Source: Phoronis australis | Taxonomy: Eukaryota > Animalia > Phoronida | Assembly (NCBI GenBank): GCA_002633005.1 | Contig: NMRA01000018.1 | Coordinates: forward strand, 1,003,531 to 1,067,530 | Direction: 5' to 3' | DNA length: 64,000 nucleotides | Position numbers and translations under genes: made by a program | Part shown: piece by piece, positions 63,291 through 64,000 of the stretch | Layout: every line of letters begins with the position of its first letter | How positions within the stretch are numbered: the first letter of the stretch is position 1 | The notes under the pieces: model-generated | Databases searched by the model: none | What the model was told of the DNA's origin: nothing | The model's input: only the letters and a program-made list of their open reading frames with translations

Positions 63291-64000
63291 TAAAATGTCC
63301 TTATTATCAAATTACGGCAATATCCATGACAATATTCCTGATATCGCACTCCAGCGCTGGTCGGTTCCACTGTTAGCATGCAAGCGGTCCCTGCAGACTA
63401 TTGGAAATGTATGTCTAGTTTTTTTGTCGCAACACGTGAAAACGACAACCCAAATAATCCTCAAGTGACGGCCATGCGTTTACTTTCAGCAGGGTAGTTT
63501 TGAGTCGTCTAGAAATACTCAGCCCCTTTACTGGTTTTTGGGGCTTCGTGTGCAACATATGAGCCATTTGTCACTCGCCTGTTGTTGCCAACGTGAAGTG
63601 CAGGTCTGCTCCAGCGATTCAAGTGTGTGAACGTGTGCGTGCGCACCACTCCAAAACTGTACACCAAAAGAGAACCGCGACAGTCTCAAATTAAAGAGTA
63701 TACCAGCTTGCTCTGTTAAACGCCTGGGGGCCAACGATTTATGTCATAATCTGAACTTAGACTCGCGGCGGTTATAGAAGACCCGATGCTTTACGATATT
63801 CCCCAGCACCGATGTAGCCCAGAACTGATATTTTTCTGTTTCAATGTTTTGCCAGGTCTATGTTCCCTAGGCCCGATGTTCTATGCCCATAGCCAGCTAT
63901 TGCAACTAAACGGGTAGATGCGTGGTTGTTAGGCAAACTTGTTTAGCGAACTTTTATTCTCCTCATACACCCCCGCCAATTTTTTCACTCCTCGGACCAC

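Overview
Eukaryotic (animal, probably marine-invertebrate) genomic DNA: AT-rich, intron-rich and full of short transposon relics. Most ORFs in the six-frame track are noise or single exons. By hand-splicing I recover four genes: (1) the 5' part of ZCCHC8 (minus, 10515 to 1239 and continuing off the left edge) with a U12-type intron and an apparent insertion in exon 1; (2) a divergently transcribed 4-exon gene of unknown function (10795-14479); (3) a secreted CAP/CRISP-like protein with EGF-like and ShKT-like Cys-rich modules (26377 to at least 35817); (4) the 5' part of LRRCC1 (46341 to at least 62834) with a GC-AG first coding intron. Between them are an intronless atypical protein kinase next to a frameshifted NLR-like/LRR pseudogene, an LTR-like segment with a heat-shock-element/TATA promoter, a decayed LINE, tRNA-derived SINEs, several MITEs or non-autonomous DNA transposons with readable TIRs and TSDs, minisatellites, an intronic repeat array rich in CTCF-like motifs, and three tandem duplications at single-N joins that look like assembly artefacts. 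No prokaryotic systems (CRISPR etc.) are present. Gene identities come from recalled protein motifs, not database searches.
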